The notes beneath the pieces are model-generated. The model was not told where the DNA came from. It searched no databases and was given only the letters and a program-made list of their open reading frames with translations. 64,000 bases of DNA, from assembly GCF_033153115.1 (NCBI RefSeq), contig NW_026889767.1, positions 3,286,001-3,350,000 on the forward strand, in the 5' to 3' direction. Below, in pieces: positions 12,217 through 24,487 of this stretch. Origin of the DNA: Saccostrea echinata (lineage: Eukaryota). The position numbers were made by a program, and so were the translations under genes. Within the stretch, counting starts at the first letter, position 1; the number at the start of each line of letters is the position of its first letter.

Positions 12217-13568
12217 CCTATTGTTCTCGCTCTCGGGGAGACTGCAGATGTGTGAAATTGATTTTTTTTAATTCTATAGAGGGTTTATTTGATTTAAAAA
12301 ATTATAACTATGCCCCAATGATGTTTCTAAAAAGCTCCTATGATCAATTTACAGAAGAATTATTTATTTAAGATAATAATTAATTTTTTTTATTGACGTT
12401 TATTAGCGAAATATGGCGTTTTACAGTGATCTTTTCCTCCTTGTTATAAAAATTGAGTATTATTGTATATTCCCTTAATTCACATGTACTCCCTCTTTTG
12501 TTTAATTATGTATTAAAAAAATAAACTGTCTAGTTAGATGTGTTATATGCATTTAATTTTGAAAATAATTATAATATTTCAGACCCGTAGTATTCTGTGG
12601 GGCCGGGGATACCCCCTTTTTCTGATAATAGTCTTTTGGTGTAGTTTTCACATGTAAATTTTAATGTGGATCCTGATTGCTTCCTCCTCCTCCCCCCATT
12701 TGCTTCCCTTCCGAAAGGGATTTTTAGTTATTTTAAGTTTGAACAGTTTACATTTTTTCCATTAAGACACCAGGCAAGTTTCAAGCTATAATGCTCAGGC
12801 CAATTGTCAAAAGACGCCAGGCAGGTATAGACAGTTGTTTCAAAGTCAGTCAATTTTCATAAGGCACCAGGCAGGTGCCATTATAAACTGTAGATATATA
12901 CAAAGCACATAGGTCACTTGATTTGAAGACACCAGGAAGGCGTCACACTATTTATATATTTTGCATTAATCATACCCTCAGTAAAACTCGGTAATCCGAG
13001 CACGGACCTACCGACCGCTCATGTCCGACACGTTACACTCCAAACAAAGAATTATGGCTCAAATTACTTGAGCATGTATAATATCAAAACACATTGCATT
13101 TCGATCATTCATTCATTTAGAGTCATGTAAGCATGATACTTAAATTCATTTGAAATCATTCTGTCTGTTTTTTTTTTTTTGTTTTTTTGTTTTTTAAATA
13201 TTGCCACCTCCCTTTAATTGTAAATCTTGGATCCACCCGAAGCCTTCAGCATGAACAGCAGTTGACAATATAACATTCATATTGTATCGTTACATAATTC
13301 GCCGTCTTACATAAATTCATTCTCAAAGTTTCTTTGACGAATTAATTGGGAAATATATAGCTTTTCAGAACAGCAATTTTTGCAGGGGATGCGCACTTTT
13401 CGACCAAAATTGTTTAAAATAGTTAAGAATACTAACCACACTGATGGTGTATGAAGACATCCATGAAAGGTAGCAGGCAACCTAGGATCTACCTCTGAAA
13501 TGCAGGAAGTGGATTATAGGCCGTGAAAACAGCTATAGGATATCTTACCTTTGTTGACCTGTCATTTC

Positions 13569-13851
13569 CACAGGTACTTGGGGACTGGACCCCACCTCCC
13601 CTGCGTTCCATTCCCCAAGTGTTCTACGACTTTTTTAATATAAAATATTTTAGTATCTTTTAGTGCTTCAGAAGTTTTAGTATCAGAGAGTATGAATTTT
13701 TATAAAAGGTTAATTTTAGTTTTTGGATTTTTCAATTGTAATACTTTGTGAACGTATCATAGAAAAATATTTCATATAAAAAGTCGGAGAACACTTGGGG
13801 TACGGAACGCGGGGGAGGGGGAAGGGGGGTTCCCTTCCCCAAGTACCTGTG
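13569..13851. mobile_element. hAT-type MITE with perfect 8-bp TSD
   Basis: GTCATTTC|CACAGGTACTTGGGGA ... TCCCCAAGTACCTGTG|GTCATTTC, with long imperfect TIRs. Confidence 0.9.
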
Positions 13852-14199
13852 GTCATTTCGTCATATCTTGTAAGGTTCAATCAACTGGAAAGTGGGACGA
13901 CGACAACTTAAAGCCTCTTATTCCATCTGATCCCACCTCCACCTCTGTTGAAGTCCGTGTTTGCTCTGCTCGCAATATGTATGTAATGTTGACTTGGACT
14001 TTTGAGCTTTAATCAAGCGTTTTATAAAAAAAAGCGTTTTATTGGCTCCCTGATACCATTTCATCTAACGATCTGTAATTAATGAGTTTGAAACTTTGTA
14101 TTAAAAATTTACCTAATGTTTCTAACAATAAATGTTTCCGAATAACATTTGTCTATTTTCTTCTTTTTTTGGTGTCAATTGTATAAATTAAATTCATAT

Positions 14200-14540
14200 A
14201 ATCTAATTTTGGTTTTAACGAGGCATTTGATTGGATAAAAAAATTAGAATATATCGTATAACCTGGGTTGCCTAGTTCACAAAAAAAACGTATCAATCCG
14301 CTTGACTTTACATTTAAAATTCGTACAATTTCAAGGCATATTTGAAGGAGAAATTTTCTAATTTTTTTACACTTAATGATGGAAAATTAAATCATAAGGA
14401 ATGAATTTAATAGCTACCCAAGTTATACTGGTATAACCTGGGTTGGAACAGTTTACGCTTTTTTATAAACCGCTTCGCGTAAACTGCCCCAACCCAGGTT
14501 ATATCAGTATAACTTGGGTAGCTATTAAATTCATTCCTTA
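14200..14540. mobile_element. Non-autonomous element with long palindrome (Crypton-like architecture)
   Basis: Near-perfect palindrome at 14395-14540 (TAAGGAATGAATTTAATAGCTACCCAAGTTATACTG...), plus an extra copy of TATAACCTGGGTTG near 14258. Superfamily assignment is inference. Confidence 0.65.
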
Positions 14541-14572
14541 AATACCTGATAGAATTATCTTGTAAGCCCAAT

Positions 14573-14647
14573 GGTGTCAGTGGCGCAATCGGCAAAGGCG
14601 TTGGACTGACAATTTAAGGGTCGAGAGTTCGATTCTTGGCGTGGGTG
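14573..14647 (+). pseudogene. tRNA-derived sequence (tRNA pseudogene or SINE head)
   Basis: A box TGGCGCAATCGG and B box GTTCGATTC at tRNA spacing. The acceptor and T stems pair poorly. Confidence 0.55.
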
Positions 14648-15264
14648 TTTGTTGAATTTTAATCAGTAAATAAATCCGTGCACTATTTCGGCATAGTATG
14701 CATACGCCATATAAATCCTTTGTACATTATGCGATAATACTTGGATATTGATTATATAGAGACAAACTGACAGGAAGCATAATAATTGATTATAACAAAA
14801 ATGGAATGGACAGTAGCATTTATAAAATGAATGATATGATATATATTTTTACTTGCATGAAAATCTTAATTGATGTTCACATATTGAAGTTTACTACTAA
14901 TACCCTCAACCCGACTTACTTATCCTCCTTTCAAACAAAATGTGACAGCATCATACATGTATCGAACATTAGTATTTAAAATGTCAATACAATCCTGGTC
15001 TATCATTTACATTGACTGTTATAAGTTACCCTACATTCTGGTGGAAGTTAGACAAAAAAAAAATTCAAATGTTTTGATAGAAAGGTTCTAATAATACCAG
15101 CAGAACATGAGTAAAACGACGCTTATGCGTTAATTTTGATTTCAAGAATTAAAACTTAAAGAACATTGAAGTCATTATATGTGTTCAGGTTGAAAGTTGG
15201 AAAGCTTATCCGAAGAAAAGAATTTTCATCTTTCTTTTTTTTATATAAAAAAGCTCCAATCAGA

Positions 15265-15595
15265 TTGATTGATCGTGTGTTGTTTTTCGTCCCTTCCAAG
15301 ACGTCACCATATACCAGTGAAAGGTTTCAAATTTAGACCTTTACTCAGCACTCAGGGCCATTAAACAGTGAGGATTCTTTATCGTACCAACGCCTACCGT
15401 GACACGGGGCCTCGGTGTTTAAGGTCTCATCTGAAAGACCTGCAACTTTCACTCCAAAGTGCCGAGCGCTTGGCGAAGGTACAGTAACTGTTGTTATCCA
15501 TTTTTATCGACTTAGGTCAGTAACGGCAGTAATTCGAGCACACGACCTTCCGATCAGGGAGCGAGCGTTCTACCGACTGAGCTACCGTGACGGTC
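15265..15595 (-). mobile_element. tRNA-derived SINE, full length
   Basis: Minus-strand head GGTAGCTCAGTCGGTAGAACG...GCTCGAAT and a (CAAT)n-like tail. Flanked by AGCTCCAATCAGA / AGCTCAAATCAGA TSD. Confidence 0.88.
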
Positions 15596-17205
15596 AGCTC
15601 AAATCAGAAGAAAGAGTCAATACATATTTTATAGGGGTTGGACACATATTTGAAGCTACAGTGTAATATTTTCTAAATTTATCATTATGATGTCATGACT
15701 AGTATGTTGCTAGAGATAATCACACCAAATATTAGAAATTCAAGTTTAAAAACTTCTTTTATCTGGAAAATACTAAAACTTCGAATTTCCTGAAGCATTT
15801 GATGACACTTATTCTAGCACGTTCACTAGGTTGATGCTATCCTTAATATCTAAGAAAAAAGTAAAATATAAAAGTTGTGTAGCAAAGAAAAATATGTAAA
15901 TTGTAGTCCAGGAAAATTCAAAGTAGAAACATGAGAAATTAAAACCAACTCACCAGTATTGTCATTTCGTGGTCAGTGATATAGGTCCTTCAATCCCTTC
16001 ATAGTGATCGCCTTTTTTTGCTGTTCACGTTTCAGAGCCGTTAAATTAACTGCATTAGAGTCTTCAACCCTTGACCAGCAGCATAGGATAATTCTCTAAA
16101 ACTCAAACTACACCTCGGATCGACACAACATTTCATAGAAATGTACAGAAAACCTTAAAAAAAAAACTTTTCTGAAAGTGAGTGTCGGTGATTCTCTGAA
16201 GTGTATATAAATTATGAGTTTTAACACAAATTCTGCCGTATTTGAAATTTAAGTGCAGAGAAACAAAGACATGATATAAACCTTTTAACGTTCTTTCCTC
16301 AGATGTCGTCAATAGTATTCAAATCTGATATGATATGATATTTTAATACCAAAAATTCTTCATTTTACCTATGGAATTTTTGGAAATATTTTCCAAAATC
16401 ATTTGGAATTTATATGATATATATGTTTTTAAAAAAGTTCCCAGAATTAGCAATTAAGCACGCTTTAATTGCAATGTTTCCCTGCTCTAAATATAGAATA
16501 TATGTTTGGAATTTAATTTATTCTTGTTACATTAAATTCAATCCACACAAATGCTTATTCAAATATTACATATTTATTTCAGAGTAGTCGGGTATGAATA
16601 TTTATATCCGAACCTGACCTCTTAAGTTTTACTCTCTCCATGTTTACAAAATGTCCTGCCTCTATAGATATTTATTTAAATGTTTTAAAATGATGATATT
16701 ATTTCATTTTTACCATTAAAGAAAATGAATCGCTTGACAAGCTGGAAAAGCCTCTAATTTTTCATAGAACAATTACTATACTAGTTGAAAAGATTGTTTT
16801 TAAATTACTCCAGAAAACGGAAGACCTGTTATTGCATAGGCAATCAAAATCTAGTTATATTTTTTTTTTCGTTAGCAAGTGCATTTTTAATCATTATCGT
16901 ATTTCCCACAAAAATAAACAAACTGATCCATGCATTATTCTTCCATTCTGACTGCTTACTATATACATTTGAATTTAACGTTACCTGGACTTAATAATAC
17001 GTGGGATTTTCAACTACTTTGGAAAGAAGAGACACATATGAAAGAGAAAAAAGTAGATACGTTAACGACATACTTAAGATGCAGCAGCATTTTCCAAAAC
17101 CATACGTAATGTAGACCTTTCATGAAAACAAAAATCATAAGAATAGTCAAAAAGAAAATCTTGATATATATAATTCTGTACAATGTCGAACTATTAAAGT
17201 TACAT

Positions 17206-18535
17206 AGTGAGTCAATATCATGTGTTTCTTTAAAGATAATTGTATCATAAAGCTTAAGATTTATGAGAAATATGAATAAGGCGAAGTTTTGAGATCTCAA
17301 CTGCACGGTAGAAACAAGATAAGACTGCTAAATGTAAGTGCCTGAAAAAGAAAAGTTGTATCCATGGCGTGGTTGTTATCTTCAATGTCAAAAATGCCAA
17401 GGTCATGTGTCTTTTATTTTTAGCGTGAAACTTGTAAACAACTTGTAAACTTGTAAACTTGAATTGGCGCAATCAAAAGTGAGGAATATGTTCTGATCAT
17501 CTTTTTATGAAGATTATATCAAAATCCTCGGCCATCCGACATATATATCTTTGGAATTGACACCATAGTAATTTCTTCAACTTTTCTTCGCATGCGTACC
17601 TTAAAGAGGAGGAAGTTAAGCAATATTTTCGTGTTGGGGCAAACTAAAATTATTTTTTACTTTTATTTTTCTCCATAAAAGTAGATTTTTTAGGTTCTGT
17701 AACCTGTAATTTTCTGAAACCTAATACTATCAAGAATTAAATAAAATTTTCATGTGTTTTGCAAAAATTCTACTTTTGTTAATTTTCCCGTTTTCCCGTC
17801 ACGGTGTGTCTTTAAAATAGTTTTAAAGATTATTAAAATTCTTGATGTATTTAAAGTGATGTATGCATAAAACTAGAGGGGCTGTTTGTGAAGTAACAAG
17901 CTAGTTCAGAGAATTTGTGTCAAGCCAAAAAAAAAAAAAAAAAAAAAGAAGAAGCGCATGCGCATGATGATGACATTTAAAGTTACATAGTGAGTCAATA
18001 TCATGTTTTTCTTTTAAGATAATATAACATAAAGCTTAAGATTTATGAGAAATATGAATAAGGCGAAGTTTTGAGATCTCAACTGCACGGTTAAGCAAGA
18101 AAAGACGGCAAAATGTAAGTGCCGGAAAAAGAAAAGTTGTATCTATGGCGTGGTTGTAATCGTCAATGTCAAAAATGTCAAGGTCATGTGTCTTTTTTTT
18201 TTTTTTAGCGTAAAACTTGGAAACAACATTGAATTCAAGCAATCAGAAGTGAGGAATAAGTTCTGATCGGTCATCCGACATTTATGTCTAAGGAATTGAC
18301 AAGGTGGTAACTTCTTCAACTTTTCTGCGCAGGTGTTCCTTTAAGAGGAGGAAGTGAAGCAATATTGGGGCAAACTAAAACTTTTTTTACTTATATTTTT
18401 TCCAAAAAAGTAGATTTTTTAAGGTTCTGAAACCTGTAATTTTCTGAAACCTAATACTTTCAAAATTTGAATAAAATTTGCATGTCTTGCCAAAATTCTA
18501 CTTTTGTCCAGTTTTCCCGCCACGGTGTCTCTTTA
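17206..18535. repeat. Tandem duplication, ~0.6-kb units (17206-17815 and ~17980-18535)
   Basis: Both units begin AAAGTTACATAGTGAGTCAATATCATG and run colinearly to CACGGTGT.TCTTTAA. Confidence 0.9.
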
Positions 18536-21500
18536 ACAATAATTACATTAACGCAGAAATTGCCCTTTTTAGCTAACATCTGCAAAGGTTTGCATCTCCC
18601 AAGGGTCTCTCAACCTCATAAGTGTAAAGGGATCAATAAAAATGTATAGAAGATCATTGAGACTGTGAAGATTTCTAAGAGGTGAATGAGAAATCATGTG
18701 GATGACTGGGAGATTGTCAAGAGATATAATTAATTTTGCAATCTCTGCGTAATGGAATTTAATTAGAACATACCATAATATGTTGTCAATTTTGACTAAG
18801 AGCAATAAAATTGTGAACTTTGAAGTAGATAAGTAAATGAGCTTAGGGCAAGAACTCTCCTGGTGCAGAGATGGGGACTAAGCCCATAAATAATACTAAT
18901 GTAGGTATACCTTGATTGGGGGTTGTTGCCATGTTGCGGTTCATTGGACAACGGACCAAGCGTTGGTGGCAAGTCATTGGTAAGACAGCCAATAAAAAGT
19001 ACTTTTATATCCGGGGCCAAGAATACCCTCTGAGCATTAAATACCCTGTTTTCCGGAAAATGGCATCTTCGGTTCGTTTATTCTTTTTACTTTCATTTTG
19101 GAATCATTTTGGACTCTAATTTTTCGGTTTTTTCTTACCTTTGGGTTCTAGTTCTCAGCTCTTCTTGAATATTTTGAACTAGTCTTAAAAACGTTTGTTA
19201 TAACAAGTGCGTTGGATCTCTTCTTATGACATTCCAGGAATTATAATTAAAACAATTTATACGATCACGGTGGATTAAAACACTTTTTGAAAAAGATACA
19301 AACAACTGTGTTATTGGCTGACACTTTACTCTAATGGTATCGCAAAGCATCTTTTGATTTTCCGTTTCATTCCCATATGCAACAGTAAGATCATATTAAG
19401 AAAATCTTTGTCATAAAGAATGAGCAGAGCGGAGTCCATTCTTTCTAACGGCGATTTCTCTTGAAAAGATCTTATTAACTTTGTACCCCTAAATTGTTCA
19501 AAAATAAACTCCATCCACGATTGTGTCAAGCCTGATTCAACCGCTCATTGTACATATCGAATACACACTCAATATTGAACACACGCAGTTTCAAAACGGA
19601 CCTCCAACTAGCATGGTGTTAACTTAAATGAAATTGATTGTGATTTACTTGGGGACTATGATGTTTAAGATATTAAAGCTTCTGAGTTAATGAATATACT
19701 TTTACCAAGAATCTTTTATTTATTTTTCTACATGTATATAAATGAAAAAGCCGTGGCCAGCAGAAGTTGACATCACTCTACCGCCATGAAAATACCAACG
19801 GAATGGTTATTCTGGATTGAAGGACACGAGCTACACCCTTGCTACTCCGTCATATGAAAAATGATGGTGATAAATGATACATGTAGTGCTTTAGATCTGT
19901 CTCTGAGTTGGTCTCTGATTTACATGACGAAAATTGTATTTTTCTGTATGTGCCGAAATGTGTAAAAAAAATTATAATAAAACAAACTTATTAATTTAGA
20001 AAGGCTACTAAAAATTACAGTAGATTTTTTTAAAGAGAATATGTATGCTCTAGGCCCCGAAGAAATTCTAATATGATTTCAAACAGTACATGTCTCTTGC
20101 CTTATCTTTCTTTCTTTTTGTGTGGGAAATAAAACCAATACAGAAACGCCTATATAACTGTTAATTGAACCAATTAAAGACTGTTCAATATTTTTTTCGC
20201 CATTAAGAATCGATTCTTCACGAGAATCGAAATATATGATTGGCTAAATAAGTTCCTTACGTTCTAAAGTGCATTGTAGTCAGGAAAGTGTTGCCATAAT
20301 ATGGAAGTCTCTTCCTGCCACTTAAATCTCGGAGGCATAGAAGATTGCAGTGGTTTTCAAAACAGTAAACTCTCTCTTTTTTATCGGTCCACCTGTTTCC
20401 TTTTCCAGCTACACTGAAATAGACGTATTATAAAATAATAATAATAAACTGTTAAAAATGCTACTAAACAAAAGTTCCTTTTGTAATAAAAAGTATGCAT
20501 TTTGTTCCTTCACTTATCATTATATCACTTACCAGTATATCTACAACTTTTAATTCATATCTATCTGCAGGACCTTTTTACTGTTCTAATGATAGCAAAC
20601 AGCAACAGAAATTTCTTTAAGCAAGGACACATCTTAGCTCTCCACTAGACATGGTTAACACATTGAAGGAATTTGATAGAAAATTGATTTACTATTTGAA
20701 GTGTTATATGTGTATAATTACATCAAGATCAAGGCCTGGAAATTATGTCACAAATTCCAATTGTTTTGTCTTTTACAATCAAAGAAAATATCATTTCTTT
20801 CATATGGTAATGTTCATTTGAATTTAATTTTTTTAAATTACGAAATGGTTGATTTTTGTATCAAAGACATCAAATATCTCCAAATACATTGTGACAAGAA
20901 TGTACATGTACTTACCAGTTTTTGGTACTTGTGAGCAGAAACTTTGTACAGTAAAACTGTCTTCTTCACTTTCTTGTTCGTAAATTTGTGATTTCTATTC
21001 TATTTTTTGTGATTTCTATTCAATTTATTATTATTTCTTAATCGCAAACGCGTGATTTTTTTCAAAATCCTGTGAATTGTATTCTAGATTTGTATTTGAA
21101 TGAAGACATTCAAATCGATCATAAAGATTGCAATTCCGAACCGTATAATTTTGTGTGGCTTGACGTTGCATAACGTATGGTTATATATGAAAACAATACT
21201 GCAGCTTCGCTCGAAAAGCTTTTTCTAGGATTACAATATAATGACATAAATTATTAACAGTAAGAAACGGACTTTCAAACATCATTACATCTCAAGAAAT
21301 ATTAAGTCATCCATGAATGCAGAATAATAAAATGCATAATATATTATTGATTAGGTTCGAGGGCAACATGCGTCGACAAAATGCATTTTGCCTGAGAACA
21401 CAGTCAATAAATGTTTTGTTATACCTTTTAGTTTTTCATGACATACAGTCCCTGAAAAGTTCCGCTTACCCACTTGAACTGCCAGCTAACTGTGAACGAA

Positions 21501-22680
21501 TGCTGAACGAACGCAGAACGAATGGTGAATGAACGACGTGTGAACGCTGAATGCAACTTGATAAACTAATGTTGAACGGTGAACAATAAGCGAAGGCAAA
21601 ACGCAAACGCAAGCGCAAAGTGAACAGTGAGCGAAAGCAGAACGCTCCGGAAAGGTGAGCGAAAAGTGAACGCTTAATTACAAACTACAATGCCGTTTTA
21701 TTTGTTCTATCCTATTGTTTTAAAAAGTGTATCTTTCCACAATGACTAGCTCAACAACGACTAATTTAAGTTTATGGCCGAATTTCTAAATATTCTTTGG
21801 TTGCTGGGTGAAGTTAACGGAATAAGGAATTGCATAAATGGGTTCCACTTTTCTCATTATATATCAAAATACCTTTATACAATATACAACGAACATTGAA
21901 TTGTCCATAATAAAGACACCCACTTCCATTCTCTCTGTTCTACATGCTTTAGGCGTTGTGTTTTGTCACACAGGTTCCAGCACAAACAAACAGTTTTATT
22001 AGATTCTAAAGAAAATATTCAAGGAAAACAACAATGAAAGAAGAAAATATTTGCAATTTTTAAAAAAAAATCCTTCCAGGAGATGGGAGAAAAACCACAC
22101 ATGTAACTGCTAATGCAGAATACTAAAAACCTAATTTATGTAAGGTTAGGGGTAAATTCATCGATATTTCCATTCTTTCGACAATTTCTTTTATTTTGTT
22201 TTATTCTGTTCTGAAAAAAGGAGAGTTCAACGAACCTCCAAAACAGTTATGAAAGTGGGATTTTTCAATGAAAATTCCATACTAAATTTAAAGCCAAAAA
22301 ATGTGGAGGGTCCTTAAACACCCTTCCCATCCCAACTCTGCTTTTGTGCTTAGAAATAACCAGAATTATTATCAAATCGAAAAAAAAAAACAAAACAAAA
22401 CATTTCACCATGTGCACCCCGAGAGTTTTCAGTTTATCAAGTCAGTGACCTATTGACCCTACACGTGCGTCACTAAATGGCGATTTTAATGCATGAACTA
22501 AATTGTTAATTACAGCTATTCTTTCTAATATCTGTGGATACATTTAATTTTCAGGATACATCAGTACCTTGTCAGATGCCGAAATTCGGCGCCATTTTTG
22601 ATGGAAAATAGGTTTTATTTCTCCCAATTTGTTGTGGACAATTCTCAAAATGAAATAATGAACATATATATAGATAAATA
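18532..22680. repeat. Segmental duplication copy A (direct repeat of 27499-30940)
   Basis: Colinear similarity from TTTAACAATAAT.ACATTAA to AAATAATGAACATATATATA. Copy A has extra blocks near 18790-19325 and 21560-21950. Confidence 0.92.
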
Positions 22681-22760
22681 TATTTTATTTATCACAGACT
22701 ACCACTAAAAAACAAGTGACACCATTTCTTAATTATCTATTTATTAAGTTTGGCATCATA

Positions 22761-23509
22761 TGGCCACGGCTGGTTGCAGATCAATTATTTAAGATACATG
22801 TGTTCAGTGGGTGCCGACCCAATTGGTTTTTGGCACACCTCCAATCAAAGCAAACAATCAATCAATCAATCAATCAATCAATATTAACTGTACACATGTC
22901 ATTTTTTACACTATAAGACTGGCGTTTGCTTTCCAAATTTTGCGGTGCGCCAGCCTTATAAAACAATATTCAATCAATCAATCAATATTCAATTGAATCA
23001 ATCAATATCAAGTTCAATCAATCAATCAATCAATCAATTTATCAATTCAATTAATGAATATCCAATCAATTAATGAATATTCAGTTGAATCAATCAAAAA
23101 GTTTCAGTCCAATGAATCAATCCATTTTCAATAATATCAATCAATATTCAATCAATCAATCAATATTCAATCAATCAATGTTCAATCAATCAATGTTTCA
23201 ATATTCAATCAATCAATGTTCAATCAATCAATGTTCAATCAATCAATACTCACTCAATTCAATGAATTGTAGTAAGTTTATGTTTAAGCCAAACAATATT
23301 TCAATTAATCAATGTTCTGTCAATTGTTTTCCATTGACCAGTTGTCAAAATAATTATGTTGCAGCCGCGCCCTGTTCACAGCGGCGCTAGTCGAGATGAA
23401 TTGTGTTAAGCTAAATCCGCCAAACGTGCATAGTTACTCATGTAATATGCACGCCGCCACAAACGTGGGGGTAGCTTAACACTCTACTCACAAAACCAGC
23501 CGTGACCCC
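22761..23509. mobile_element. MITE-like element containing a degenerate (AATC)n array (22855-23315)
   Basis: GGCCACGGCTGGTT ... AACCAGCCGTGACC inverted termini around a long TCAA-rich tract. Confidence 0.6.
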
Positions 23510-24427
23510 CAGAATATATATCAATGATACTACTACTATAAATGATAATATTAAATCAAGTTGGCAGTTCACTATGTTTTTAAGCCCGCTTTTAAAAATT
23601 TTAGCTTACTGCCAGACGAATTGTATATATGAAATATCCTCTGTTGTAACTAGATTAATTATGCTTGGTAACTGAGTTAATTACTTTTGCGATCTTTTTC
23701 CTGATCGAACTTCCCATCACATCTGGAAACGACCCTATAGTTAACTTTACTGAACTATTTAAGGATTCGGCAGTTTTATCAATGCATATCTTTACACAGC
23801 CAAGGTCATTTGCCCCGCAATAGAATATCGGATTAGGAACCCCATTCTACCATTCTAGCACATTCCTCTCTTGCTTTGTTACAACATACTAAAATTTACT
23901 GCTATAGAAGCCTGTGATTAAAATGAACAGATGAACCAAATATCTAGAGAAAAAGTTCAAATGTCTTTCTTATTCTATTGAACTGCAGGGTTTATAATCT
24001 ATGAATGATAACATTTAAATTGTTCTCTTCCAAATAATTGAATTGATTCGCATGAAAGTAAGTAGCTTTTCAAGTTCTAAAAGAATATAATTTACATGTA
24101 TAGTGCATATATTTATATTGAGACGCAACACATCTAGTTTAAGGTTAATATAAATAATAAATTACCAGGAATGTTTGCTCTGATTCGTAAACAATGGTGC
24201 ATGACTAATAATTAACAATACAGCAGTAACTGTGTCTCTTTACCCTACTGCCCCCCCCCCCCCCCCTGCAGTTTAACGTCTACGTGATGAAAGTACTCGT
24301 TTTATATAACGAGGTTGTACTTATGCAGTGCCGAGTTTAAACTTAAAGTGCTTAGTATAAAAAGGATAGTTAATTATCTACTGTTGGATACATATTAACA
24401 TTAATGAGAACATGAGATGGAATACAC

Positions 24428-24487
24428 TATTTATTTATTTATTTATTTATTTATTTATCTATTTATTTATTTATTTATTTATTTATT
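24428..24487. repeat. (TTTA)n microsatellite
   Basis: Read directly. Confidence 0.95.

Noticed and set aside
14573-14647. Functional tRNA gene
   Set aside because: Pol III boxes are present but the cloverleaf stems pair poorly; kept only as tRNA-derived.
15415-15666. ORFs here and at 42438-42738
   Set aside because: Antisense readings of SINEs.
23073-23390. 105-aa NQSI-repeat ORF
   Set aside because: Artefact of the (AATC)n array.
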